Assembly (NCBI GenBank): GCA_049999805.1
Contig: JBNGIO010006370.1
Location: forward strand, 373,212-437,211
Source: Folioceros fuciformis
Lineage: Eukaryota
Direction: 5' to 3'
DNA: 64,000 nt
Shown: in pieces, positions 32,202 through 45,450 of the stretch
Position numbering within the stretch: the stretch's first letter is position 1
Layout of the letters: the number at the start of each line of letters is the position of its first letter
Notes under the pieces: generated by a model
The model's input: only the letters and a program-made list of their open reading frames with translations
Told to the model about the DNA's origin: nothing
Database searches by the model: none
Translations under genes and position numbers: made by a program

Positions 32202-34015
32202 ATGGCGGACGGGGAGGAGACGTCTCCCGCGCTGTCTTTGCGAGAGCAAGGCAACGCTCTGTTCAAGCAAGGGAACTTTCTGAAGGCCGCCGCAGTGTAC
32301 ACGCAGGCCATCAAGGCCGACTCTTCGAACGCCGCGCTCTACAGGTCCGTTCCTTGTGTGCCTACGCGGCGCTGTGGCATGCAGGCAGCACGTATAGCTC
32401 GGGCTTGCCCTGGGGTGCTCGCCCCGCCGCTTTCTCTGTGAAGCTGCCTCATGCTCTGCTTCAGCTGGAAGTGCAGAATTTGGGAGTGCTCAAATGTGGC
32501 AGTGCGGGCAGTGGTGAGGAAGGGTGTCGGTGCCGCTCTGATTCGAGGTGTAATATTGAGTTGTGTGTGGCAGCAATCGTTCAGCTGCCTTTCTCAACCT
32601 CCTGAAAGTGACCAAGGCTCTGGCAGACGCAGAGATGACGATAAAGCTGAACCCGGCGTGGGAAAAGGTGCTGATTGGCAGCGTTGCTCGTATTGAGCGG
32701 TCTCGGATGTGTGGATGCGAGTACGTTGGCACCAGCACGAGATAACACAAGTAATAATGTCGGGTTTGCTTGCTAGGGCTATTTCAGGAAGGGCTGCGTT
32801 TTGGAAGCCATGGAACGACACGAAGAGGTAGCTAACGTGTTTTACTCCTCGTAGGCAGAAGCACCTGCTGTATGTTTTCTTGTCTACAACTTTTAGGAAT
32901 TCGAAACAGTCTGTTGCAGTTCATTCTGCTTACTGGGTCCTTCTGTGAACTTTCGTGCAGGCACTGGCCGCATTTCGATCTGCGTTAGAACAAAATCCTC
33001 AAAGTTCGGAGGTTTCGACGAAGATAAGGAGGCTCTCTCAGGTGGTGCGAGACCAGAAGCGAGCTCTGGAGAAGAAGGCTGTCAAAGCAAATGGGGACAA
33101 ACAGAGTAGTGAATCCGAGCCTACAAAAGGAGACATTGTATGTGTGGTGCAAGCTTGGGTTTCGTCACTGAGCTGGGCCTCTATGCCTGTCAGTTTTGAA
33201 TGTTATTTTCATCTGGATTTTTCAGAGTCAAGGAGGAGTCTTCCAAGGTCTCAGCAGTGATTTAACCGCTTTCACCAAGGACATCATCGATTCCGCCATT
33301 AGGGATTGGAATGCAAACAATGGCAAGTTGGATGCCGGTGTTCGGTTTTTCTTTGGGAACTTAGAGAATCCTTCCAAGGAATTCCTGCCGCTCGTGGCAG
33401 TTGATAAGGTACCGCTGCCATCCGTTATGGCTTTTCTATTGCCCTTGCATCTGCTGGCTGGCACTCATTGATAGTTTTTCGGGACTGGCGGATGTGTCCA
33501 GGCTTTCGAATCCCCAGACACCCTCTCAAGCTGTGTTTCATTTCTGAGGCAGTATGCTGTTGACTCATCATCAAAAGCAGCCTGCCTTGTTGTACCCAAA
33601 AAGAACATCGCATTTCCTCAGGTAAACCCAATCGTTAATAATTCAACTTCAGTTTGGGCCTTGGTCAGGATGCGTTCTCTCCAGAAGATTATGCTGGTAC
33701 AGAAAACTGTCTCTCAATTGCGCTCTCGTGCAGGTGTGGAAGGGTCAGGGAACCAGAAAATGGAAAGCAGGCCACGCGAATGGCTTTTTTGTGCAGCTAG
33801 AATCGTCTACTGCGCGGAGACTATGGTTCGTTCCTTCTTCAACAGAGAAAGGCAGATCAGTTTGCAGGTGCGTCCTACAAGAGTGACAATTCTCCTCTAC
33901 CTCCAAGTTGCTTCGGTTGTCGCTCATACCTCATTTTCTCTCTTGCATGTTGTGCAGGAACCCAGATCCACTGGACATTGACCTGCATGCAGTTCTCCCC
34001 CCACTGTACAGATAA
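32202..34015 (+). CDS. TPR-domain protein (Hop/Sti1-like TPRs), multi-exon
   Basis: LREQGNALFKQGNFLKAAAVYTQAIK, YSNRSAAFL, WEKGYFRKG; last exon NPDPLDIDLHAVLPPLYR*. Confidence 0.88.
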
Positions 34016-34665
34016 ACCTCGGAGTCAATCCTGGCTCTCATCCCGCGAACAATTTTTGATAGCCACTGGCCAGATTATCGACGCTGCCTAACAAGTATAC
34101 CTCCCCCCTCTCTCCCTGCGCGGGAACCAGAAGTTGAGCCAGGCAATCGTCAGGTTAGAGGCTTTCATTCAATAAAGTTTGGAGCACCTTCGACTGACGA
34201 ACACCTAACCCTAATGTAGTTCAATGATCGTATTACGGCACTCACGACTTACGTGACGTAAACTGCGATTATTTAATAGTGATATGCTTCACGTGGGCAC
34301 ACAACGTAACTGTTGAATCTGCTTCTACACATGAGGCATTACTGCATAGTTTTAAGACAGTTCGATAGACCTAATGTTCATATATACATATTGAGATGGA
34401 CAGTTTCATCGTACTGTAGTAATTATTATTTAAAGTTATAGTCAATATCAATAGAAGACAACACATGCATCGACTTCGCACGAGCGAGCGAGTGAGCCAT
34501 CCCCACTCTCCGAACTTCACATAGACCAAGTCCAACCTCGAGTTATTTTCAGCTCATTACGTGTGTCGGGATGAAATTTGGACGTGTGTAGATACAGTAT
34601 TTAGTTCTTGATCCCGTGGGGGCGGTGTAGTGTTTGGAGGCGGGTGCAGTGTTCGGCCGCCTGCC

Positions 34666-36528
34666 ATGGCAGTTTCAGCGCAGCAGCGGCGGATGCGGCA
34701 GGGTTCGATGGCAGTGCTAGCCATCTCGCTGTGCCTGCTTCTGGTATCGCGGTCGCTGCCGCTGCATTGTGGTGCGTCAGAGCTGCAAATGGATCCCAAG
34801 TCGGAATCCGGGAAGGAGTTGCTGCCCGAGGAGCTGGCGGAGCTCGAAGATTTGGATGATGATTTGGAGCTGGCGTTTATGAAGGCGAACCGGCCCGATC
34901 TGCTGGAAAGCGGCGAAGATCCATGGGAAGAGGAGGAGGAGGAGGAGGGGGAGGACGAGAACGGGTTAGGAGGGGATACACAGTATGACGGAGAGGAGTA
35001 TGAGGATGAGGATGAGGAGGAGGAGGGGTTTGGCGGCGCCGAGTATGAGGAGGATGTGGCGCACGACGAGAAGGATGTTGTGGTGCTGACGGGCAAGAAC
35101 TTCACGCAGTTCGTTGAGAGCCATAGCTACGTACTGGTGGAGTTTTACGCGCCATGGTGCGGACATTGCCAGTCCTTGGCTCCGCATTACGCAGAGGCGG
35201 CCACGGTGTTGAAAGGTGAGGCTGCTCTGGCCAAGGTGGATGCCACGGAGGACGATGAGCTTGCAGAGAAGTTCGACGTGCAAGGTTACCCTACATTGCT
35301 CTTCTTTGTCGACGGAGTGAGCAAGCCCTATACAGGCCACCGGTCCAGCGATGAAATCGTGAAGTGGATTCGGAAGAAAATTGGACCTGCTGTCGTGAAT
35401 GTGTCGAGCGCGGCGCAAGCCAAGACTGTTTTATCAGAGGAGAGCGTCGTGGTTGTCGCTCTACTGGAAAGCCTCGAGGGAGCGGACGCTGAGGAGTTGG
35501 CAGCAGCCGCCAGGCAGGCGGACAACGTCTTCTTTGGCCAGACAACTGATCCTGAAGTTGCTGCCGTGTTCCAGTTAGGGGACGGTGCTAAGGCCCCGGC
35601 TTTGGCACTCCTGAAGAAGGAGAAGGAACGAGTGTCGGTCTTCGATGGGAAGTTCGAGAGGAGCACCATTGGGGACTTTGTGGTTCAGAACAGGCTTCCG
35701 CTCGTTGTTACCTTCGGCATGAACACATCGTCCTCTATTTTCGACAGTGATATCAAGAAGCAGCTTCTCTGGTTTGTCTCGTCGGAGGAGTATGAGAGGC
35801 TGCTTCCACACTTCGACGAAGCGGCCAAGTCCTTTAAAGGGAAGATTATTTTCATCCACGTTAACTCAACGGATGCGGAATCCGCAGAGCCTGTCCAGAA
35901 CTTCTTTGGTGTGTCCGGGGATGGCATGATTATTGTGGCTTTTGAAGCTGAGGAAGGGGGTAGAAAGTTCAGGTTTTCTGGCGAGGTCACTGCCGAAAGC
36001 TTGAAGGAGTTTGCCTCAGGCTTCCTGGCAGGCACACTGAAGCCGTTCCTAAAGTCGGATCCTGTTCCAGAGGTGAATGACGGTGATGTGAAGATTGTGG
36101 TGGGCAACAACTTCGATGAGATCGTTCTGGACGAGACCAAGGATGTGCTCCTGGAAATTTATGCTCCATGGTGCGGCCATTGCCAAGAATTGGAACCGAT
36201 TTATGAAAAGCTGGCTAAGCGGTTGAAAGGAGTGGACTCTATAGTCGTCGCCAAGATGGACGGCACAACCAACGAGCATCACAGGGCTAAAAGTGATGGA
36301 TTCCCCACTCTCCTCTTTTTCCCTGCCGGCAACAAGAGTTTTGATCCCATTCCTGTGGATGCCGAAAGGACCGTGAAGGCCTTTGCACACTTTTTGAAGA
36401 AGCATGCGGCCATTCCCTTTACAATCCCCAAGGCGCCCCCAAAGGCGGCCGCCCCGGTGGCAGAGGAGCATCCGGAGGAGGCTCAAAAGATAGCGGTAGA
36501 GGTAGACCAGCCCAAGGACGAGTTGTGA
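34666..36528 (+). CDS. Protein disulfide isomerase (PDIL1-3/1-4 type with acidic N-terminal region), intronless
   Basis: Signal peptide, D/E-rich tract, two APWCGHC active sites and C-terminal KDEL in one continuous ORF. Confidence 0.95.
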   Translation: MAVSAQQRRMRQGSMAVLAISLCLLLVSRSLPLHCGASELQMDPKSESGKELLPEELAELEDLDDDLELAFMKANRPDLLESGEDPWEEEEEEEGEDENGLGGDTQYDGEEYEDEDEEEEGFGGAEYEEDVAHDEKDVVVLTGKNFTQFVESHSYVLVEFYAPWCGHCQSLAPHYAEAATVLKGEAALAKVDATEDDELAEKFDVQGYPTLLFFVDGVSKPYTGHRSSDEIVKWIRKKIGPAVVNVSSAAQAKTVLSEESVVVVALLESLEGADAEELAAAARQADNVFFGQTTDPEVAAVFQLGDGAKAPALALLKKEKERVSVFDGKFERSTIGDFVVQNRLPLVVTFGMNTSSSIFDSDIKKQLLWFVSSEEYERLLPHFDEAAKSFKGKIIFIHVNSTDAESAEPVQNFFGVSGDGMIIVAFEAEEGGRKFRFSGEVTAESLKEFASGFLAGTLKPFLKSDPVPEVNDGDVKIVVGNNFDEIVLDETKDVLLEIYAPWCGHCQELEPIYEKLAKRLKGVDSIVVAKMDGTTNEHHRAKSDGFPTLLFFPAGNKSFDPIPVDAERTVKAFAHFLKKHAAIPFTIPKAPPKAAAPVAEEHPEEAQKIAVEVDQPKDEL

Positions 36529-37039
36529 TAGCCAGTCGTATATAATTTAAATGGAGTCTCTTGGTGTGACCAAAGGTAGACCAGTCCTCTTTCACGTGGA
36601 CTCCACCCCGTGGCGTTACTCGACACAGGGGACTGGTCTGTCCGCAGCATTAATCTGTATGTTGAGATCATCTAGCACTTGTGCTATTCCAAGGAACAGA
36701 ACTTCTGGGGAGTAGTCCCCTTTATTGTCCCACGGCCGCAGTCCAGGCTGCAGCAGCCCATATGGGTTTGCACTTTGCACTCAAGACAAGTTCTAGGTAG
36801 CTCGAATCATACAGTCCGGAAATGAGGAGCCACACAGGTGGCGTGCTTGCAAATTATGCTCAGACGATGTTTCCACCGCACAAGCATCCCACGAGAAAGA
36901 GCGAGCAGAGCAAGAGCAGGAGCCAGACCAGGCACAGCCACCCACGCATCTCCACCATCCCAGAGTTCTTCAAAATTCGGTCACCAGAAACAGCAAAAAT
37001 TGTGAGTGCCAGGAATTTGCAGGGAGGGCACGGGTAAAT

Positions 37040-37544
37040 CTACACCTTGTACCCTGTCAGTGTGCCACCTCTGCCTACGATCTCGCCCACGCAGAACCAG
37101 CAATAACACTCCCCCACGAACAATGCGGCGATTCCGACTTCCTCCAGCTTCAAATCCTGCCTGTTGAGCAACTTCTTCTTCACGTAATCCAGCTCCTTCT
37201 GCAGGGACTCGTAGCGCCCGGGCAAGCTGCACGCACAGGGAATTCATGCACATCACGACCTAGCTGAAGATCATGCAGACAGGGGCACAAGGAAGGCAGA
37301 TCGAGCATGAAAGGAAAACGAAGGATCTGGAAGAAACGAAGGTACGAGGGAAAGGCACGAACCTGGCGAGACGGGTGTAGAAGAGCTGCTTGGAGAGCTC
37401 CTGGCACTTCTCCACCGTCGGCTCGTGCACAATGTACTGCTTGTTCTGCTCCAGCAGCTGCCTGTAGTACTTGGTGCCATGCCGGGTAGCCAGGTCCGTG
37501 GCCACGGACGCCTTGCTCTGCAGCTGCTTCAGCAGCGATCCCAT
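37040..37544 (-). CDS. Mitochondrial ATP synthase subunit g; exons 37544-37363 and 37226-37040
   Basis: YYRQLLEQNKQYIVHEPTVEKCQELSKQLFYTRLAS...WFCVGEIVGRGGTLTGYKV*. Confidence 0.93.
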
Positions 37545-37812
37545 CCCGGCTCCGAGCCTCCCCCGCGTCCGGAGCACGCTGGCGCACATGAAGTCTTCTC
37601 ACGAGAAGAGGGAGGGGGAGGAACCGAGGTAGACGCGAATGCAGCCGCCGCTGCCGGTGCCGATACAGCCGATCTCCTACAGCAAGGCAGGTGAATTAAC
37701 TGTGATGGGCGGCAGGTTGGTTTGTCGTTCGATTGAGTGCTGCTCCTGCTTTAGGTTTGTCGGGAGGCAGAAGAGAGCGTGTTAGGGCAGACGAGACATA
37801 TACGAGGCCCGG

Positions 37813-40119
37813 ATGGCGGTGATGGAGCTCCGATCCCCGGACGTGGTATGGTGGGAGTACCGGGGAGAGGGCGCTGCTAATATTGTGCTGGCTTACCGTG
37901 GTTCTGATCCCGCTCTGGTAAGTCTGTTTGGCGGGTTGGTTTCGGGTTTGGGCCTACGCTTGCTTTGCTTGGCTGTGAGGGATGAAACTTGTTGCTGCGA
38001 TGGCAGATGAGCAAGGTGCTACGGCTGCGGAAAAGTGATGCTCATGCGTTATTGGATGGGGATGTGGGTCCCGTGCTGTCCGAGGATGAACGGAAGCTGT
38101 GGGCAGAGTGGCCGGACATTGCAAACGCCACTTCAGCTGCAGAGCTGGCACATGCATATGCACACCATGTTCTTCGCCCGCTACTTGGATTGGAGCATGT
38201 GGACCCTGGGGTGAGGTCTAGCACACTCTTGCTCTGCTCTCTCCAACGTGGACATGCTGCTCAAATGCACCTTGATGACTGGGGAGAGTTGGTGGTGTCT
38301 GTAGATTCTTGTCTACGCTTCACGTGATTTTCTGGAAGCAGTCAATGAGAAGGTGGTCGAAAAGAGGCCCTTGTGGAGAAGACAGGAAGCCGGTTTGCAT
38401 CTTGTCGGTACAATGGCACTCCTCGTCTCGGATCATTCAGAGTTCCACACCATCTCAAGTATGTGCTCTCCGTTACAGTAGTTCGAGGTCTAGCAGGGAC
38501 TGTGGACTCTGTGATGGAGGATTCGGCCTAGTTCAGGTCGAGTCTGTACGGTGAATGAGAAGATAGCGGTCTGCTCAAGGTCTGTCGCTTATGACACTAT
38601 TTACTTCTACAGGATCAGTGCAGGAGAAGTACCCAGTTATCTCTGTGGAGATCAAGGTAATTGTCAACCCCTAGCATGTTCTGTGTCACAACTGTTTATC
38701 CGAAAAATCAGACACAGCATGTCCTGTTTATTCCCAACAAATGTTCGTATTGGGAAATGTGACGTGCTCTGGTGGGACTTGCAGCCGAAATGTGGCTTCT
38801 TGCCGGAGGCTGAACTACTAGGGGAGCATAATTTGGTGAAGGCAACTGTTCCACGTTTTGCTATTCACCAGCATATGAAGCTTTCGCAGGGCAAGGTGAG
38901 GTGACCTTCAACTGGTTCATCCAGTACCATGTTCACTAACTTGTGGCTCGCCATGTAGTCCCTGAAAATTGTTTCCCCCTTTCTGCAGTGTGCCCTGCAC
39001 CGGTAGGCTGCTTTCAGTATTTTCATCGCTTTTGCGCTATCATTTGAACAGTTCGATTATCAGCGAGTATGCGACAGAACTAAGTTTTTATTGTGGAAGT
39101 AAACTGCCCTGGTATGCAGGCTTGAATTTTTTTTAAGTCTGAGGACCTCTGGTAGTGTTTTTCATTCCCCTCGCTCGCTGTGGCAACTTTCTCGCACCTG
39201 TGCACATGCTGGTTGAGAAGCCTGTCAGCATGTTTCAGCTCACTCTGCCAGACTTTGTTTTGGCGATGTGTACAGGTGGGCACGAGAAGTACGTACTCCC
39301 CTCTGGATCTCTATTCTGGGTCAAGGTCTAGGGTACTGAAGGCCCTTCAGGCACTATTTGAAACTCCACAGAACAACCTTGCCATCTTTGTCAATGGCAT
39401 GAAAGTGTATGGCAATGATTTGGAAGCAGGCAAGGGCGAAAGGGGTGTCAGCAAATTAGAAAGCGTTCTAGGAACCTCCATACTTGGTACGAATGGCCAA
39501 CAGGTGCAGCTGTTACAGGAATTAGTCACAGAAATGCTTCTTCAGAAAGACATATTGAATCGTTTGCTAGCTGTTCAGAGGCGTGATTGCCTGGACATCG
39601 AGGGGTGCATTCATGCCTACTACACATTTTTGAGTAAATATTGCGATGCCTGTGAGGCTCAACAGGAAGAAACAAGCACAGCCCCTCAGGTACTGGATGC
39701 AAAAAGGATCCACTCGTTACCCCAGGAAGACTGCGAGAAACTGGTTAGAGACTATCTTATTTCTGCCACTGCTAAGGATTGCGGTCTGATGCTAACCTTT
39801 CAACCTCTTTCCGGTGAGGGCTATGACGGTGACCACCATAGTATCTTGGAGTATGCACCATCAAATCAGAAGTTCCGTTACAAGGTGCCCTTTCACATCT
39901 CTGCTACAGCGCCCTGTAACTGTTCTGTTTGAACGTCAAGCTTGTAGTGTGGCCTCCGCTCTGTCATCTCACCTTCCACGTCCTTATCTGGTGCAGATGT
40001 TCTTTCTAGATCTGGATCTGAAGCCGTTGAAGAAGATGCCGTACTATTTCAAGCTTGACCAGGAGATTGTCAAGGCGTATCTGCCACACCACACACATCC
40101 GAGTGCCGGAGAGGTGTAG
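37813..40119 (+). CDS. IPK1: Inositol-pentakisphosphate 2-kinase, multi-exon
   Basis: YRGEGAANIV, CVEIK|PKCGFLP, YSPLDLYSG, PQNN, DYLISATAKDC, DLDLKPLKKM. Confidence 0.93.
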
Positions 40120-41212
40120 CATTGTAAGCAGATTTTGGTCATTTTCCTTTAGGAGATCACTCTTAACGTCCTTCGAAGAGGATTCTCTGGCGATCCTAAT
40201 CCGTTGGTCTTCTTCGCGTTCGACAGACTGGTCACTGCATTCTTTTGAGAGCGTAGCTTCGCGACAGTTGAGAGTGGGAATCTCTGTACGACGCGTGGTG
40301 TCCACCTATCGCTATATTCCGTGCAAGGATGCGACGGATATGAGTGCCAGTGGTGGAAACTAACAAGGGGTTGGTTCTTTGCATGTCTCTGCATGTGGAG
40401 CTAGAGGTTAACTTATCGACATCAAGACAGCTCGGTGACAGTGGTGGCAACTGGTGAGCTGAAGTGGGTGGGAAATTCATGTACAGGACCCACCACAATC
40501 GGGCTACTCGCGAAGATGTCTTGCCAAATATGGATCTTGTCCAGAATGCACTATGTAGAGACCATGAGTTTCTTGACGCTAGCTTTCTTTACGCGGTGCC
40601 ATGGCAACCGGTTGTCCCCTCGTCTCGTGTCGGGGTAGATGGAGTTTTCCTTCCTCGTTCCTCTTACGTATGTAGATAGAATAAGTGATTTTTTCTATGT
40701 GTGAAAAGCCTAAGCTCCTGTTTCATGTTCTTCTTAACTCTTCATTTGGTTTGGTTAATGAAATCTCCATTGGTCGCTCAGTTTTCCCTGACTTTGAATG
40801 GCCATCTTGTCACAGCAATCTGTTTGTTACCCAAAGATATTCAAATCCTTTTATTATAATAGGTTGTACTTGTTTTCAATAAAAAGATTTTATATAGATT
40901 AATTTTCCAAATTGCTTCTAGAACTTCAGAAACTTGCCTCTAGCCTGAGATGAGATTGTTGATACCCAATCCGTGACTTCAATATCATGTGATGTGATGT
41001 GATATACAATCTTGGTTTATGTTGTAATAGAAAAAACCTTCATCTCAATGTGTGGTCAAGCTAGTTCACCAAATTATACTAACATCGTGGTTTCTTAGAT
41101 CTTTAAGGGAGTATTAGACCATCATTGATCATAACATAGCCAGCAATAACAATCGGACTGTCTTTCTTTGGTTGTGTCCAACCAACTACTTTACATGGAA
41201 ACAATACTGAGA

Positions 41213-41292
41213 CATAATCCAATTGCTGGTGTTGATTATAGTCTAATTGCTGTTGCTCATCATAGTCCAATTATTGGTGCTGATCATCATCC
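41213..41292. repeat. Three degenerate 24-bp tandem repeats
   Basis: CATAATCCAATTGCTGGTGTTGAT / TATAGTCTAATTGCTGTTGCTCAT / CATAGTCCAATTATTGGTGCTGAT. Confidence 0.65.
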
Positions 41293-41400
41293 TATCTCTG
41301 CCTCTTATCGTTAGAAATGATTTCCTGAGTAGCGAAGATGATCTTCATAAATGATTCCCCGAGCTTCATAGCAAAGCTGATGAAAAGAAGTTGCAAACTA

Positions 41401-41418
41401 AAACCCTAAACCCTAACC
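41401..41418. repeat. Interstitial telomere-like / telo-box motif (AAACCCT)x2
   Basis: AAACCCTAAACCCTAACC upstream of the IQD gene; regulatory role unverified. Confidence 0.4.
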
Positions 41419-42159
41419 TCAGTGTCAAATAACTCCCTTGCAATCTCATATGAGAGAGCTCTTGGCTTTGCTTTCTGGCTTATTGTGTCCTATACCTCAA
41501 TGTTTGTAGATGAGAACATCTGAAATTGTGAAGGAGTAACTCTGCATATGCAAGCCAGAGAATGCAATAACTCTTTTGAAGCATGAGAATGTCCAATATC
41601 GATCTACTGGAAAAGGAAAAGGAAAGGAAAATGCTCCCGGGAACAGAGGGGAACAAACTGAGGAAGGGAAGAGCGAAAAGTGGAGGAGCGCGGATTCACA
41701 GGGATCCACCTGCACGCAACAACAGCACACTTTAGGACAGTCGTGTGGATGGTTTGGTTTGAAAGTTGAGAGGGAGGAGGAGGCGGTTGGACTGCACGCC
41801 CAAACGAAACGCGCAAATAGAACAGTGCGTCAGCAGGGCGGCTGTTTGAACTTACTTACATACAGACATATATAATTTAGGCAAGATTCAAATTTCACGG
41901 CCCTTGATTTGGGGCAGAGTTTGGCGCCATGGCTGCCACGCGGGGGGAAGCGGGTGCCAGGTTGGACCCACGTAGGAGCAGGCATCACCGGGTGGAAGGA
42001 GGGGCCATGTTCCCGACCGGCTCCCGACGGGCTCCTACGGGTCCCGCCGGAGCCCGCCTTTTCTTCTCTCTTCTGTTCTGCCCGCTGGCCGCGAGATGAG
42101 ACCACGAGCCAAGCCCAGCTCCAGACTGAGGAGAGCAAGGAAAGCTTAGCTGGTTGAGG

Positions 42160-42559
42160 NNNNNNNNNNNNNNNNNNNNNNNNNNNNNNNNNNNNNNNNN
42201 NNNNNNNNNNNNNNNNNNNNNNNNNNNNNNNNNNNNNNNNNNNNNNNNNNNNNNNNNNNNNNNNNNNNNNNNNNNNNNNNNNNNNNNNNNNNNNNNNNNN
42301 NNNNNNNNNNNNNNNNNNNNNNNNNNNNNNNNNNNNNNNNNNNNNNNNNNNNNNNNNNNNNNNNNNNNNNNNNNNNNNNNNNNNNNNNNNNNNNNNNNNN
42401 NNNNNNNNNNNNNNNNNNNNNNNNNNNNNNNNNNNNNNNNNNNNNNNNNNNNNNNNNNNNNNNNNNNNNNNNNNNNNNNNNNNNNNNNNNNNNNNNNNNN
42501 NNNNNNNNNNNNNNNNNNNNNNNNNNNNNNNNNNNNNNNNNNNNNNNNNNNNNNNNNNN
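42160..42559. other. Assembly gap (400 N), probably hiding the IQD start codon
   Basis: Run of N directly followed by [10 protein letters not shown], typical of an IQD N-terminus. Confidence 1.
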
Positions 42560-44605
42560 GGGGGATCATCGGCGTGAAGAAGGCGGCTAAGGGCTCCGGC
42601 TCGCCCGCGTCCGACAGGGAGGAAAATGCCGGGAAGAAATCCAAGGATGAGGTGAGGTTGCGTTGCCCTGCGTGCATGTGCATTGGCATTGGTGGAGGAG
42701 GCGGGGAGGGGGGAATTTGGTGCGCTTGGGGGATCCTGGAGGAGAGTGTGGAGTAGTGTTTGGAGTAGGGAGTGTTGTGTTCCGGAGACGTATGGGGGTT
42801 TGAAGGATGTCGATCTGAGTGGAGGAGAGGATAAGAGCTGAGGCTGAGCGTGGCTGTGAGGATTGGTGTGGTGTGGTTTGGTGTGGCAGAGGAGGAAGGA
42901 AAACGATAAGTCGAGGAGGTGGGGCTTGTGGAAGTTCTCTTCCGACGAGGACCATGAGAAGGGGAGCAAGGCGGCGCGGAAGGAGGTCCAGGGGGAGAGA
43001 GGGAACGGGGGAGCTGGCAAGGCCGTAAGTGGCGAGCCGGATTACGTCTCCGGGTTCGAGTCGCCTGCTGCGGGCGGGATTGTGGAGCTGGAGATCAATG
43101 CGCCTCAGGCTGCCTTGTCGTTGAAGGCTGTGAAGGAGGAGTGGGCTGCCGTGCGGATTCAAACGGCGTTTCGGGGATTTCTGGTGCGTTTACGTGGCTG
43201 GATAGCTGGCTGGGAGTTGAAATGAGTGTGCTGTGAGTTTAGCTGAGCTGAGCTCGGAAAGTGATGGTGTGGCAGGCCAGGAGAGCGTTGCGAGCGTTGA
43301 GGGGGCTTGTTAGGCTACAGGCCTTGGTGCGGGGGCATACCGTGAGGAGGCAGGCCGCTATCACTCTGCGTTGTATGCAAGCTCTGGTGAGAGTGCAGGC
43401 TCGAGTGCGGGCCCGGCGGGTGAGGATGTCCAAAGAGGGCCAGGCTGTTCAGAGGAGGCTCGAGCTGCACCGCAGCCAGGAGATGGTGCTGCGGGAATCT
43501 GAGGTGCGCCCGGTTTTTTATGTGGACTTCTACAAGGGTGACGCTGGGTCTCTGTAGGGTGTTTATTTTCCTTGCTCTTGTTTGTGTCGAGAGTATGCTG
43601 ATGATCAGGAGGTGATGGAGGCAGGATGGCTGGTGCGGGAGCCACGGCAGCGTGCAGGAGATACAAGCCAAGCTGCAGCAGAGGCAGGAGGGTGTGATTA
43701 AGCGGGAGAGAGCCATGGCATATGCCTTTTCCCATCAGGTACGAGAATGTACACTCATCGCTTGGTGGCAACGCAACGCGCTCTCTTGCTTGCAATTTCT
43801 TTCTGACATTATTCAAGTGCCGCTGCAGTGGCGCGCCAACTCGAGAGCAAACGTGCCGGTTTATATCAACAATTCGGAGACAGACAAACCGCACTGGGGC
43901 TGGAGCTGGCTGGAGAGATGGATGGCAGCCAGGCCTTGGGAGAACCGTATTTTGGACCAGAGCCTCAAGGACGGCTCTGATACTCTGTCGCTCAAGAGCT
44001 ACGACCACGGTAGCTACGACGACTGTCTGAGTGGGAAGGGAGGCGTCAAGTCCAGGCTGAGCCTAGGGCGGGTTAGTATCCCCAGCTCCAGAACTTCTCC
44101 CACAGCCTTCACCACCTCCCTGCACAAGTCCAGTGCCGGAGCCACTGCCAACGTCCGCATCTCCTCCGTCTACAGCTCCGACCAGCAGTCTGAGGGTAGT
44201 CCGACATCTTCCAGCCGGGGCACCCCAAGATCTTCAGGACCAGCGCTCAGCACTCAGCAGCAGCAACCTCAGCAGCAGCAGCAGTCCACCTCAACAGCTC
44301 CCAAGGCCAATGTGGTGGTCGCCCGGATAGACGAAGCAACAGGGAAGCCCCGTTACCTGGCTGCCACCAAATCAGCAAGAGCCAAGGCCAGATCCTCCAG
44401 CCAGCCCAAACAGAGACCTGCTGCCGAGGAGGCCCAGGCCAAGAAGAAGCGCCTCTCGCTCCCTGCTCCGCCTGCCAAGACCAGCAGCAGTCCCGACTCC
44501 GCCAAGAAGATCTCTGCTGCCACTGTCAAGACGGAGCGGCCACTCAAGTCCTCTGAATCCGGTTCTGTCACCCCCAACGGAGATGGAAGGAGGCCCTTCC
44601 GCTGA
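42560..44605 (+). CDS. IQD: IQ67-domain (IQD) calmodulin-binding protein, 5' end in gap
   Basis: [85 protein letters not shown]. Confidence 0.93.
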
Positions 44606-45396
44606 TGGACATCCTTTTTTCCTTCCGACCCCCATTCATGCAAGTGCCGCTTCCCGGCACTGGTATATGGTTGTAACATCCCGAGTCTAAATTATCCAAC
44701 ATCCAAGTTCGGCAGTGTAGCGAAGAAAAGGTTTGCCTTGTAAGGCACATCAGGTGAAGGCGTCGTGGAGCTTCTTCTTCAACATCTTGTTCGGCGATCC
44801 AGGGTTTCATTTCCAGTGTTAGGCCTGTTCCATCCACACATGTTGAGATCTGACTTGTGGGAGCTAACTGCCTCTACGTTGTTGGCAGTAGTCAGTCCTT
44901 GCAGGCTAAGCAAGGACGGCTAACGTAGCTGTCCAAAGCTGCCTCGCGAACCTCAGCTGGCAGCGACTGTTGAACGGCTTTCGCTTTTCACGCTTTTGTC
45001 TTGAAAGACCACCCATGGACCGGCTCGTGGTCCGAAGATGACAAGACGAGCCATTGTCTGTCACAAGTGTAAACGAGGTACAATGTGAAACCGACGAATC
45101 GGGTTGAGAAATAGCCGCCCATTTGTTCGGCACGTTGGGCAAAAGTCTGTGCTCTGGTATTTACACAATATCTTATTTCACTCATTTTGTTTGATATGTC
45201 CTCATGTATATCCGTTTTTCATAAAATACGCACTACAGGCAAACTCCGCTGTCCGTTTCGGCGTGGCGTATTAAAATCAGCCCCGTGGCATATTAAGATT
45301 AGGCACAGTAGTACAATCCCATTGGCGAAGAAGAGAACCTAAGTAGGGACCATTGTTATTGAAATGCATGGGCCATGGTAAGGATTTTTTCAAGGA

Positions 45397-45450
45397 GTGG
45401 TAGCGTTTCCCCTATGTGACGTGGTGGTAGCGTTTCCCCTATGTGACGTG
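45397..45450. repeat. Perfect 27-bp tandem duplication GTGGTAGCGTTTCCCCTATGTGACGTG
   Basis: Two adjacent identical copies at 45397 and 45424. Confidence 0.85.

Noticed and set aside
40464-40679. Small ORF downstream of IPK1
   Set aside because: Non-ATG start and no recognisable homology.
41830-43020. Long ORFs spanning the N runs (also 30990..31424)
   Set aside because: Artefacts of translating through assembly gaps.
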